Below are positions 1 through 9,094 of a stretch of DNA of 64,000 nucleotides, piece by piece (positions within the stretch are counted from its first letter, which is position 1; each line of letters starts with the position of its first letter). Position numbers and translations under genes: made by a program. The notes below the pieces were generated by a model. It saw only the letters and a program-made list of their open reading frames with translations, was not told the origin of the DNA and searched no databases. Location: NCBI GenBank assembly GCA_041641295.1, contig JBEPYO010000001.1, positions 1,024,001 through 1,088,000 of the forward strand, read 5' to 3'. This DNA comes from Nitrososphaerota archaeon. GTDB taxonomy: Archaea > Thermoproteota > Nitrososphaeria_A > Caldarchaeales > Calditenuaceae.

Positions 1-72
1 GCCATACGGGTAGCCTTAGGGTTTGGCTTAATTTAAATCTTCCATTATTCAGAGCTAAGCTCAGAATAATAA

Positions 73-80
73 TATATAAA
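73..80 (+). promoter_or_regulatory. TATA box of the YeeE/YedE gene
   Basis: TATATAAA in an AT-rich stretch about 40 nt upstream of the probable start. Confidence 0.5.
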
Positions 81-116
81 TAAGGGCTAACCTGCTACAC
101 TGCGAGGTGTTGAGGA

Positions 117-1310
117 CTGAGCCGGACCATCTACATCTCAGCCGTGCTGATAGGGCTGGTCTCAGTAGCGCTGGGATACTCGTTATACCAGGTTGCGGGT
201 AAAGGATCTCTCTGGGGCATAACGACGGGAGAGTCGAAGCTTGGTGGATTATTCTGGAAGAGCCTAGGCCTACCTGTAGACCAGTTAAGATACTTTCAAG
301 AGTTTAAGCTCTTAAGCCCTATCGAGGACCCGACCCAGGCCATTGTATTCGCCATACTTCTCGGTGGTTTTGCCGCAGCCCTCTTAACCAGGAGCTTCGC
401 CATCAAACACATCCCTGACAGATGGATGCTTCTCCAAGCAGTGGTAGGTGGTGTCCTGCTGGGCTATGGATCAAGGCTGGCTCTAGGGTGCAACATTGGA
501 AACTTTCTGTCTGCTTGGGCTGGTGGGGGGCTCCACGCAGCGATATTTACCGCGGCCCTCCTCCCAGGAACCTACCTAGGTCTTAGGGTGACTGAGAAAG
601 TGTTTATGACTAGGGCAGCCCCGAAGAAGGTCTCATTTACTATACCACCGGTAATTCAGAGATGGATAGGTGTGGGTGTGGCGCTGGCCGCGCTTGCGGT
701 TATACCTCTGCTTCAACCGGTGGTGGCTGTCTGGTGGGCTGCAGGAATAGCGTTCGGCGTTCTCGGATGGGTGTCGAGCATATGCTTCGCCTCATGCTAC
801 AGGGACATGGTGGCGCCTAGGTATGCAAGCGGTGTCATGGTTAAGGCTGTTGGACTAGCCATCTTGACATACAGCGCAGGTGTTTATCTTCTCCAACTAG
901 CGGGTATACCGTTCGTGCTGAAAGTGCCTCCTATAGGTGCTTTACAGTTCTTCTTAGGAGGTCTCATTTTCGGACTCGGAATAGGTGTCGCGGGCTCCTG
1001 CATATTCAGCAGTGAGTGGAGGGCAGGAGGTGGAAGCGTCTACTCAATGATAGTGCTGCTCTCGACAATACTGGCAGGAATGCCGGTGCTCTCGCTTAAC
1101 TATGAGTGGTGGCTCACAGTCCTACCACAGGAGCCAAAGCCGCTTACACTATATACCTTCGGACCCCACATCGGATTTTTAGCACCCCTAACATTCTCAC
1201 TAGCAATGATCGTCTACGGAGTTTACGCAGACACCACAAGCCGCGCAGCCATAGCATCGTGGTTAGGGGCGAGGCTCTTAGGCAAGCAGACAGCACCAAG
1301 CCCACGATAG
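117..1310 (+). CDS. YeeE/YedE family (thiosulfate/sulfur compound) transporter
   Basis: Multi-TM protein with the family's Cys motifs LALGCNIG, ICFAS and AGSCIFS. The ORF track starts at GTG 144, but the frame is open to CTG 117, which follows a GAGGTG SD at 104-109. Confidence 0.85.
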   Translation: MSRTIYISAVLIGLVSVALGYSLYQVAGKGSLWGITTGESKLGGLFWKSLGLPVDQLRYFQEFKLLSPIEDPTQAIVFAILLGGFAAALLTRSFAIKHIPDRWMLLQAVVGGVLLGYGSRLALGCNIGNFLSAWAGGGLHAAIFTAALLPGTYLGLRVTEKVFMTRAAPKKVSFTIPPVIQRWIGVGVALAALAVIPLLQPVVAVWWAAGIAFGVLGWVSSICFASCYRDMVAPRYASGVMVKAVGLAILTYSAGVYLLQLAGIPFVLKVPPIGALQFFLGGLIFGLGIGVAGSCIFSSEWRAGGGSVYSMIVLLSTILAGMPVLSLNYEWWLTVLPQEPKPLTLYTFGPHIGFLAPLTFSLAMIVYGVYADTTSRAAIASWLGARLLGKQTAPSPR

Positions 1311-1433
1311 AAAATATCCACACTTACATTCGCGATTTTTCAATCATGGCTACAGAACTCCCGGTATTACGTGTAGCACCGCGCTACGGTAAGATTAATC
1401 AACAGGTAGCGGCCAAATGAGCCTCGCGTCGCC

Positions 1434-2156
1434 ATGCCATACAGATTGCGGCGAACACCTCTGGCTCAGGCTGTTTACCAAGCCTCTCTCGACTCCCTCC
1501 GATACATAAAGCGCAGGCACAATTATAGGGGGCTAGCGGCGATACTCGGTACATCCCCATCCACCCTCTCAAGATACTTGAGTGGAAAGACACTCCCTAG
1601 CCTCAAGAGAGCCCTGACGCTGCTTGAGAAGATTGACTCCCTGATAAAATATGATGAAATTGTAGAAGAATTTTTCGGAGGAGAGCTTAACATCGAGGAC
1701 GGAATCCAGATCTGCCACGACACAGACGTAATCAAGCTCCTCTCAGCCCACATTCTGCGACAATTCATAGGCAGTAAGATCGACTCTGTCTTAGCAGCTG
1801 ATCTCCACGCAATCCCCATGGCTACTTGTTTCGCCTCCCTGATAAACTCGGAAGTCTATTTTACTGTGGACAGACCTGTATGGCGAGAGAGCCTCGAGAT
1901 AGCCTACAGGTCGGACGCCGGAAATGTGAGGAATAGTATCTGGCTTCCGAGGAGCCTGATTAGGCGTGGAAAGAGCATACTCTTAATCGCAACCTCAGTC
2001 CTATCCCACAGCCCCTACAGGGAGATACTCGACCTGATAAGAGACAAGCGCGCTTACACCACGGGCCTGTTCACACTGGTCTCCAGACGGAGTATCTGGA
2101 CCACACTTAGCGTTACACCAGGGTGCAAAAAAGTGGTTGTGAAACTATACGCTTAG
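1434..2156 (+). CDS. HTH (XRE-like) plus phosphoribosyltransferase-fold transcriptional regulator
   Basis: N-terminal HTH (YRGLAAILGTSPSTLSRYLSG) followed by a PRTase-like fold (KIDSVLA...AIPMA...) that lacks the canonical DD PRPP loop. Confidence 0.75.
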   Translation: MPYRLRRTPLAQAVYQASLDSLRYIKRRHNYRGLAAILGTSPSTLSRYLSGKTLPSLKRALTLLEKIDSLIKYDEIVEEFFGGELNIEDGIQICHDTDVIKLLSAHILRQFIGSKIDSVLAADLHAIPMATCFASLINSEVYFTVDRPVWRESLEIAYRSDAGNVRNSIWLPRSLIRRGKSILLIATSVLSHSPYREILDLIRDKRAYTTGLFTLVSRRSIWTTLSVTPGCKKVVVKLYA

Positions 2157-2208
2157 GTGGCGGGAGTAAGGGTATATATTTCAAACCCTGTAAAGACGTT
2201 CGGCGCAG

Positions 2209-3156
2209 TTGGTTTCTCTCCTAAACGCTGCAGCCTATATTGTCCTACTCGTTTTAGCGACGGTCATTTTTGCGGAGGGGGTTGAAAAGGTTGCTGTTAG
2301 GTTGGGGCTGACCAGGTTCGCTACAGGTGCTCTCTTAACCGCGGCCCTTACAGCTCTTCCCGAGACCATCATCGCGATTCTTTCACCGTTTCAGGGAGGA
2401 TTGTCTTATCTTGAGGTGGGTGCTGGAAGCGTCTTGGGTGCGCCATCAATAACTATTTTGGTTGGGGCTCCGATGGTGGTTTTAGCCCATCGTAGTCGGG
2501 CAGTTAATGTGGGCGTATCGCGGAACTACATCCTCTTTGCCGCCATCTTCTTACCATCAATTCTTGCCCTGCTTTTTCTCCGGGAGCCAGTCTTCAGATT
2601 TACTTTAGCTTTTGGGCTCATGGCTCTCTACGTGCAGTTTGCTAGGGGAATCTACCGCGAGGAAGGGGAGTTGATGGAGAGTAGATCCAGAACGGTCCTA
2701 GAACGGGTCTTACGGACCGATAGTATGGCTCTCACGCTCATGCAGGTCTCAGCATCCCTAGCCCTGATGATCTATGCCGCAGACTCTTTCATGGAGGGTG
2801 TTGTGGCGAGTGTAGATCCGTTGGCTTATTCTCTACTCTTATCGCCTCTTGGAACATGTCTGGAGGAGGTCTTGGTCGCGGCTTATTGGTCTTTGAGGCG
2901 TAAGGCCGATGTTGCGCTCAGCCTCCTCTCCGGTGAAAACCTGATACAGACTACATTTGTTTTGGGGGTCGGCATCTTCGCTACAGGCATGTACCTGCCA
3001 CTTGGCACCATTGCAATAGCTCTAGTCTACACTACTGCAGCACTAGCCCTCGCAGCCATCCTGAGAGCCGGGGCAAGACCTGCAACTGGGCTACCCATCA
3101 TCCTACTCTACCCACTATACATGGCCATAGCGCTCAACATGCAGCCCCCCTACTAA
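2209..3156 (+). CDS. Na+/Ca2+ exchanger (CaCA, YrbG-like) membrane protein
   Basis: Two alpha-repeats (TALPET...GSVLGA and GTCLEE...GENL) and about 10 TM helices. Confidence 0.8.
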   Translation: MVSLLNAAAYIVLLVLATVIFAEGVEKVAVRLGLTRFATGALLTAALTALPETIIAILSPFQGGLSYLEVGAGSVLGAPSITILVGAPMVVLAHRSRAVNVGVSRNYILFAAIFLPSILALLFLREPVFRFTLAFGLMALYVQFARGIYREEGELMESRSRTVLERVLRTDSMALTLMQVSASLALMIYAADSFMEGVVASVDPLAYSLLLSPLGTCLEEVLVAAYWSLRRKADVALSLLSGENLIQTTFVLGVGIFATGMYLPLGTIAIALVYTTAALALAAILRAGARPATGLPIILLYPLYMAIALNMQPPY

Positions 3157-3188
3157 GAGCGCAACTACCCGAGCCGTCTCCTCCCACA

Positions 3189-3725
3189 TTATCGCCGACT
3201 CTGTGCAGAGTATTGTATGTACGCGAGCCTCTTGTGGAGTATCGCGGCGTTGAATGCGAGAAGTGTTGCAGAGGCTAGTGCTGGGACTAGGCCTAGGCTA
3301 GATGCTAGGGACACGCCTAGTATGGCTACGGTCGGCGCCCAGCCGCAGCAAGTGTAGGTAGCGCTGGCGATGGATGAGAGAAATACGGCTAAACCGGCTC
3401 CAGATCCCCTGACTAGACAAGACCTTAACTGTCCGAGTCTCCAGAGCCTAAGAAGCATAAGCACGTTGAGTGATACAAGGACTGCGAGTAATACACCCAA
3501 CAGCACCACCAGAATCCTCACCGATATCATTGATCCGCCATAGAAGAGTTGTAGGCCAGGCCCAGTATAGCTCTGCGACTCAAAGTATACAAACACGGCA
3601 GCAGGGGCTACTGCGCCAATGCCGGGGAGCCCGAAGTGTTGGATGCCACCGCTTAGATATGCGAAGAGCAGGAAGTAAGCAACACCCACCATTATTGCAA
3701 TCGTCCAACCAAGCCTAAAGTGCAT
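3189..3725 (-). CDS. Membrane protein with vicinal Cys pair, downstream of SCO
   Basis: About 4 TM segments and a YTCCGWAP motif; starts 10 nt after the SCO stop. Confidence 0.65.
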   Translation of the reverse strand: MHFRLGWTIAIMVGVAYFLLFAYLSGGIQHFGLPGIGAVAPAAVFVYFESQSYTGPGLQLFYGGSMISVRILVVLLGVLLAVLVSLNVLMLLRLWRLGQLRSCLVRGSGAGLAVFLSSIASATYTCCGWAPTVAILGVSLASSLGLVPALASATLLAFNAAILHKRLAYIQYSAQSRR

Positions 3726-3734
3726 TGCTATGCT

Positions 3735-4418
3735 TCACCTCGAAAGAATGTATTTCGCAGCTTGGAGGTATTCTTCCTGGGGCATCTCGGCTGAGAGGGC
3801 AAACCTCACTATATGGTCTCTATCAGCCACGAATACGAACCCTACGTGTGTGACAAAGTATGGCTTTCCGCTCCTAGCGTACTCTGCCGGGTCTATTCTG
3901 TTGCCTTTCTCGTCAGTATATATTGCCGGAACATTATACTTCTTCCAGACGGACTCCAGCTGGTCTGGCGAGCCTGTAAGTGCTATTATCCTGTTGTCAA
4001 ACCTGCCCGCCCAAGTCTTCAGAGTCTCAGGCGTGTCGCGCCACGGGTCCTGAGTGATGAAGATGAATGCTATATCGTTGGCACGGTCGCCGAGATTATT
4101 CAGCACATAGGAGTATTTGAGTAGGACGAGGGGGCAGATGTCGGGGCAGTTCGAGTATCCGAAGAACAGGAATATGGGTTTTCCCCTCACGCTACTCAGG
4201 TTGAACTCTCGCCCATACTGGTCTGTGAGTTGGAAGTCGGCTAAGGGGGTCGGGTTAAGCTCGATTTTGGGCTTGTACTGAGACACCACCAGATTCTGGT
4301 AGGTTATGATTAGAGTGGCAGCCACCAAAGCCGTCAAAGCGACGATAGCGTAGAAAAGCCGCCTCTGCATCCAACGGCCAATCCTCCCAGACAGATAATA
4401 AGGATTCCCCATCAACAA
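3735..4418 (-). CDS. SCO1/SenC family copper chaperone
   Basis: N-terminal TM anchor, FFGYSNCPDICP (CxxxC), QDPWRDT and a distal His (YFVTH). The true start may be ATG 4370. Confidence 0.92.
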   Translation of the reverse strand: MLMGNPYYLSGRIGRWMQRRLFYAIVALTALVAATLIITYQNLVVSQYKPKIELNPTPLADFQLTDQYGREFNLSSVRGKPIFLFFGYSNCPDICPLVLLKYSYVLNNLGDRANDIAFIFITQDPWRDTPETLKTWAGRFDNRIIALTGSPDQLESVWKKYNVPAIYTDEKGNRIDPAEYARSGKPYFVTHVGFVFVADRDHIVRFALSAEMPQEEYLQAAKYILSR

Positions 4419-4749
4419 CCCTCCACCAAAACAGAGTTGTTGAGGATTTGGCCAACATCAAGAGGGTCAAGACGCTCGGCCCCTCATCCAAAGACTATAG
4501 CCTACCGTCAAACACTCGGAGGCATCACAATATCTTTCCCAGCACTCAAACCCCTGTATTAAGGATGCTAGCCTTAACCAGTAGCTCAGTCCTGCTGGAT
4601 TGAAAGCATAGGTACTTGGTCTCTATACCACCTCTTCCAAAAGCCTACTAGAATAACTAGTCCTATCTCTAAGGTCTCCGATATATACTCCATTAACACG
4701 CAGTATATCTCGAGCCAAAATTAGCATAGCCGATACCATGTACTCCCCC

Positions 4750-4953
4750 CGGGTCACTATTATTATAATAATAACATCCGACCTAACTTGTTGGAAGTGA
4801 GAGAAAAATGGAAGAGAGTTGGCCAAGGGTCACCAGGCCCGACAGTATCTAGGAACCTTGGAAAGGCCGGTGTTATTAATCCTCGGGCAGTAGAGAACTC
4901 TCTACTGCCTAATTAGTCGGGACACCGGCCCTCCAAGATTTTTCCCTACTGTC
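4750..4953 (-). ncRNA. Putative structured RNA in the 3' flank of the IS110-like gene (bridge/seek-RNA-like)
   Basis: Nested inverted repeats: 4841-4847/4947-4953, 4857-4862/4932-4937, 4865-4873/4922-4930, 4886-4895/4900-4909, with a 12x12-nt internal loop. Further hairpins lie at 4752-4826. Confidence 0.5.
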
Positions 4954-5846
4954 TAGGCTGGTGCTCCCAGCCTTTCCCATGGTTCCACTTCATTTACTAC
5001 TGTCCAGATTCTTCGTAGTAGTCTCTCCTCGTCCTTTGCCCTGTGGTATGTGTTCTTCAGCGCTGCTGCTGTCAGCCTCGAAAGAGCACTCCTAGCCAGT
5101 TTATTATAGAACTTATCAAAGCCTTTGCGTCCAGGGAATAGTCCGAAGAATTTCCTAAGTTGTTTATATGATTTGCTTCTGTTAACGTATAGTAGCACTT
5201 CCACTAGAGCCTCCTTCGCGAATAGATGATTGTCGCCAGAGATTCCTAGAAACTCGACTACCTTGTTGTAAGCCGACATCCTTTTCTCTGCCTCTGCGAC
5301 AATCAACCTAGCCATATCATTCATTGCATCTTCTGTGGCCTTGATAAGACCCATCAGAACCCTCCTCTCAGCATCCTGCAGAGCCTTAGCCCTATTCAGG
5401 AGGCCTGTATACGTCCTTAACAGGCTTCGGTACGTGGCGGCTAGTCTCCTGATCACTAGGAAGTCTTCATTGACTTCTATGAACCATTTAGGCTCTATTC
5501 TCATCATTGTTTTGATGTCGTTTCTGCCAGTCTTCGATAATCTCAACTCATTTCTTTTCCTCGCCAGCATAGTAATTCTCCTCAAATAGAAAACTCTACT
5601 ACCTCTTCTCAGAACATCTATGAACTCGTCTGTGAGTTCTATGGGTATCGTGTCCACATATAGCTCGTCTCCTTCTTCAGTGGGAATCTCCGCTATAGTC
5701 CTAGCCTTGCCGAATACTTCGCCATCAACAGTGTACAAGTGATAGTTCTCATCGGTCTTAGTCTTACGACTCTTGCTGGCTAATCTATGAACATCAACGT
5801 AGAACCTTCTAACTTCTTTCCTAGGGGAATTTACCATTTCCATCAT
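4953..5846 (-). mobile_element. Compact, divergent IS110/IS1111-family recombinase-like protein (RuvC-like DEDD domain, coiled coil, C-terminal Tnp/Nop-like domain)
   Basis: FYVDVH (D18), LYVDT (D65), SKTGRND (equivalent to KTDxxD), helical IRRLAATYRSL coiled coil, and LRKFFGLFP (equivalent to LxxYxGLxP). Confidence 0.7.
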
Positions 5847-5937
5847 CTATTTATCTCCCCCACAATCAGCCTTAGTAATCTGATCTATGGGTGGACGTAT
5901 ACCCCTGCTCATGACTAGCAACGGAGTGGGGTTATGG

Positions 5938-5951
5938 TTATATAGCTTTTT
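5938..5951 (-). promoter_or_regulatory. BRE+TATA promoter of the IS110-like gene
   Basis: AAAAAGCTATATAA on the minus strand, about 90 nt upstream of the ATG. Confidence 0.5.
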
Positions 5952-6192
5952 GGACACCTCGGCGAAAGTAACAACTTCCATTTCTAACTTTCCCATTTTT
6001 CTAGACTTCAGTAATAGTCTTAAGCAGTTATATCTCTGGCAGTAATGCTTTGACTGCCTGATGAAGACAATACAGACGTGGAGAGTGCAGGAAAGAAAGT
6101 AGTAGAGATCTAAGAGAATACTAGCATTAAGGAGTCAATTACTGTTGGAGAGGGTGTTGAGGGGGATTTAGAGGTCATTGGGATGATAAGTA

Positions 6193-6432
6193 GTGAAGAG
6201 GGCGCCTAAAGGTTCGTCAGAGCCTATAATCATGAAGGCTTTAATCAAATGGAAGAAGTCTATACGAGATATTGAGCGGGTTACAAAGCTGAAGAAGCCG
6301 ACACTAACTCTCTCACTGAACAAGATGAAAAAAGAGGGATTGACCAAGCCTCTAGGCATCAGGAGGTCAGGGAAGTGGGCGCTCACTAAGAAAGGTAGAG
6401 CAGTTGTGGTTATGAGGATTGCTACCGTGTAG
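6193..6432 (+). CDS. Small winged-helix DNA-binding protein
   Basis: SIRDIERVTKLKKPTLTLSLNKMKKEGL...GKWALTKKG matches the wHTH pattern. Confidence 0.65.
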   Translation: MKRAPKGSSEPIIMKALIKWKKSIRDIERVTKLKKPTLTLSLNKMKKEGLTKPLGIRRSGKWALTKKGRAVVVMRIATV

Positions 6433-6502
6433 ATTTTAGGCGGTGGAGCCGGGGTGTCTGGAGCCCTACTACTTAATTAGTTGGCTGGTTTTTCAGGTGT
6501 TG

Positions 6503-7000
6503 ATGAGCATCGAAGCCGCGAAGCTTATCTCAGACTTAAGGCTGAGGCCTGGCTCTAGCCTCTTGGTGGTTGGGGATGTGGGTGCGGGGACTCTTGGGGT
6601 GCTGGCGGAGGCTATGGGTGGTCTAGGGAACATAGTGCTGCTCCACAGGGAGCACGAGCCGCCTGCATGGGCTCGAAGCCTAGTTGATAAGGGATTGCAG
6701 GCGAGGAGAAGCATCGTGCTTGAGCACAACGACTTCCTAGCTACATCCAGCTTCGACGCGGTTTTAGCGCAGGATGTCTTACACAGGCTTTTGGGTAAGC
6801 GTGAATTTGTAATGGAGACTTATAGGCTGCTCAAGCCCGGCGGCCGCACATCCATAATCCAGAGGTTCTGGCCCTTCACGTCTCTGCGTAGAAGGGAGTT
6901 CAGAGCCCTCTTAGAGAAGATCAGATCCTATAATATTGTCGAGTCGAGGGTAGGCTTCTTCTCTGCCTATGTCGTTCTCGAGAGGCCTGGCAATGGTTAA
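6503..7000 (+). CDS. Class I SAM-dependent methyltransferase-fold protein
   Basis: LRPGSSLLVVGDVGAG, SFDAVL and RLLKPGG motifs. Start is probably ATG 6503 rather than 6443. Confidence 0.7.
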   Translation: MSIEAAKLISDLRLRPGSSLLVVGDVGAGTLGVLAEAMGGLGNIVLLHREHEPPAWARSLVDKGLQARRSIVLEHNDFLATSSFDAVLAQDVLHRLLGKREFVMETYRLLKPGGRTSIIQRFWPFTSLRRREFRALLEKIRSYNIVESRVGFFSAYVVLERPGNG

Positions 7001-7346
7001 AACCTCGGATAGGGAGCAGTTGGTAGGAATGCCCATAAATCTTACCGCCGAGGCCGAACAGGTTCTAAGGAAGGTCAAATCCAAGTATGGAGAACTGCAC
7101 ATGATAATCGGTGACACAGGCTGCTGTGGATACAGCAATGTATTCCTGACCAGCCGGAAGCCGGTGGGAGACTATGTCGCGATAGGTGAGAGGTCAGGCG
7201 TCGCAGTGTATCTGAGACCCCCGCTAGACTCCACCCTCAACCCGGGCAACGTGGTGGTAGACGTGGTTGAGGCTGTGGCGGACGATTCTCTCTCACTTGA
7301 GACGGAGCTGGGCTACCGCTTCATCCTGAGGCTGAGGCAGGGGTAG
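6969..7346 (+). CDS. HesB/IscA-like (DUF779-type) small protein
   Basis: INLTAEA...GDTGCCGYS...SLSLETELGYRF pattern. The true start is probably at about 6993-7029. Confidence 0.65.
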   Translation: MSFSRGLAMVKTSDREQLVGMPINLTAEAEQVLRKVKSKYGELHMIIGDTGCCGYSNVFLTSRKPVGDYVAIGERSGVAVYLRPPLDSTLNPGNVVVDVVEAVADDSLSLETELGYRFILRLRQG

Positions 7347-7526
7347 AGTCTAAAGGCTTACCGCATCCTTTAATGGTGGCTCTCGGCTGCCAGCAGATTT
7401 CTAATCCAGGGGCATCTCCGCTAAAAAGCCGCTTGGTGGAGACCGACTACGCCCTCCCTCCCCCCTCCAGATAGGGTGGCTGCGGGGCTAGGATAAGTTA
7501 AACCCTCGCCATCACATGTCTTAACG

Positions 7527-7790
7527 GTGATGGCGGCGGCTGATGTGCTCCTCCTAACCCTCTCCATCTTTGCCGGATTTCTACTGATTTTTGTCGGCGT
7601 GCTGCTCCTCCTCTCTGCCTCTCGAGGCGGAGGTGGTGAGGCTAAGGGCTGGGGGGTGATTCTGATAGGGCCTGTACCCATTGTCTTGAGGGGTAGTGGT
7701 GTTAGGGTGGCCGTGATGGTGGCTGCCATCTTCCTGCTGGCGGTTCTGCTCTTCCTGTGGTTTACGGGGGTGCTGAGCCTTGGCACCTAG
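7527..7790 (+). CDS. DUF131/TIGR00304 family membrane protein
   Basis: GWGVILIGPVPIVL motif between TM helices. Confidence 0.85.
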   Translation: MMAAADVLLLTLSIFAGFLLIFVGVLLLLSASRGGGGEAKGWGVILIGPVPIVLRGSGVRVAVMVAAIFLLAVLLFLWFTGVLSLGT

Positions 7791-8070
7791 GGCAGTCTTC
7801 GCCTACACCCTAATCGCCCTCGGACTACTACTCGTAGCCCTACCCCTCATCCTGCTCGCAACAACCGCCTCACAAGGCGAGATGAAGTCCTTTGGCATAA
7901 TACTTATCGGCCCAATACCATTGATCCTGAGCAGTGAGAACCCGCTACACTTCCTCGGCTTAGTCGCGGTCTTCCTAATAGCGTTGGCCGCCATCCTTTT
8001 CTTGGCCTTTAGAGCCTACCGAAATCCGCCAGAAGAAGAGGTTGTAGGGTACAATGAATCCTCCACGTAG
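7780..8070 (+). CDS. DUF131/TIGR00304 family membrane protein (tandem paralog)
   Basis: FGIILIGPIPLIL motif; overlaps the previous gene. Confidence 0.85.
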   Translation: MAPRAVFAYTLIALGLLLVALPLILLATTASQGEMKSFGIILIGPIPLILSSENPLHFLGLVAVFLIALAAILFLAFRAYRNPPEEEVVGYNESST

Positions 8071-8219
8071 CGTGTTGGGGGGTGACTATAAAAAAGGTGC
8101 ATCGACTGCCTTTATGCACCCTACGATGATAGCCTTTATATACACCTATCTCTCACCCCTCACAAACCTCTACAATTAGTTGATGAAAAAGAAAGAAGGT
8201 ACTAGGGGAGTGTGCTAAG

Positions 8220-8417
8220 ATGAGGGCTACTGCGAGAAGACCATTCACCTTCGTCGGCTTCCTCCTACAGGTCATAATTAGCATGTCACTCTGGCTCCTC
8301 TTGACGGCCATAATAGCCTACCTGACACTCAAGTATCTCGGCGTCGAGGTCCCGATAACCGAAGCTATTCTGGGTCTGAGCATCTCAAAACTCTATGAGC
8401 AGGAGTTAGCCGTCTAG
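8220..8417 (+). CDS. Small hydrophobic hypothetical protein
   Basis: ATG after a GGGGAG SD; one or two TM segments. Confidence 0.4.
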   Translation: MRATARRPFTFVGFLLQVIISMSLWLLLTAIIAYLTLKYLGVEVPITEAILGLSISKLYEQELAV

Positions 8418-8551
8418 TTCTCAGTGACGATAATCTCGGGCTTCATAGCCCTAGTAATCGTTTAGGTCCTGTTCTGGAAGGTGAGAATGTGATAGTACTT
8501 GGGGAAACGGATATATAACTATCTCGGCTAGTTAGTGCTTGGTGATAGCGA

Positions 8552-9094
8552 GTGCCGCGTAGAGGCTATCGGGGCAGGGATCGCGACACATATGTCCCCC
8601 TCGTATCTATCCTCATAGCCGCGATGGTCACGTCCGGCGTACTGGCATTCCTCACCAAAGACTGGATCTATGTAACCCTCTGGCAGGTGCAGACGGGGCC
8701 CTCAATAATAGCGCTCAGCCACAATGGTTCAGTGAGCTGGGACGAGTCCGTGGCCTCGAGCTCCAAGACCATAACGTTCACTGCGTCCGCGAGGCTGTCT
8801 TCAGTCGGAGACGTGGGGGTGAGCATGCTGGATCCTGTTTCCCTCAACCTAATGTACGAACCATCTACGATGGTCTTGGAGCTCCCTCTCCCGATGGCCA
8901 TAGTGTACCAGCTCGGCTATCCCACAACTAAGCCCATCGAATGCACGGCCCCAGTCTACTATGTCGACGGACAACCACTCGATATATGCGAACAATACTT
9001 CACCGCCAAGAAAGTGATCACGACCACGAGAACTAGCGTAACTTTCGCGACACCCAACACCGCGAGGCTCACAATAGGAGCAGAAGATGGTTAA
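8552..9094 (+). CDS. Membrane-anchored hypothetical protein
   Basis: GGTGA SD before GTG; basic N-terminus, one TM helix, Ser/Thr-rich beta ectodomain with two Cys. Confidence 0.6.
   Translation: MPRRGYRGRDRDTYVPLVSILIAAMVTSGVLAFLTKDWIYVTLWQVQTGPSIIALSHNGSVSWDESVASSSKTITFTASARLSSVGDVGVSMLDPVSLNLMYEPSTMVLELPLPMAIVYQLGYPTTKPIECTAPVYYVDGQPLDICEQYFTAKKVITTTRTSVTFATPNTARLTIGAEDG

Noticed and set aside
4623-4826. 67-aa ORF downstream of the IS110-like gene
   Set aside because: Its Ile run comes from the AT palindrome, and there are no motifs; more likely non-coding.
4440-6190. TIGR-like or CRISPR array flanking the IS110-like gene
   Set aside because: No regularly spaced repeat units were found; only two GGGTCAC...CCGAC copies and hairpins.
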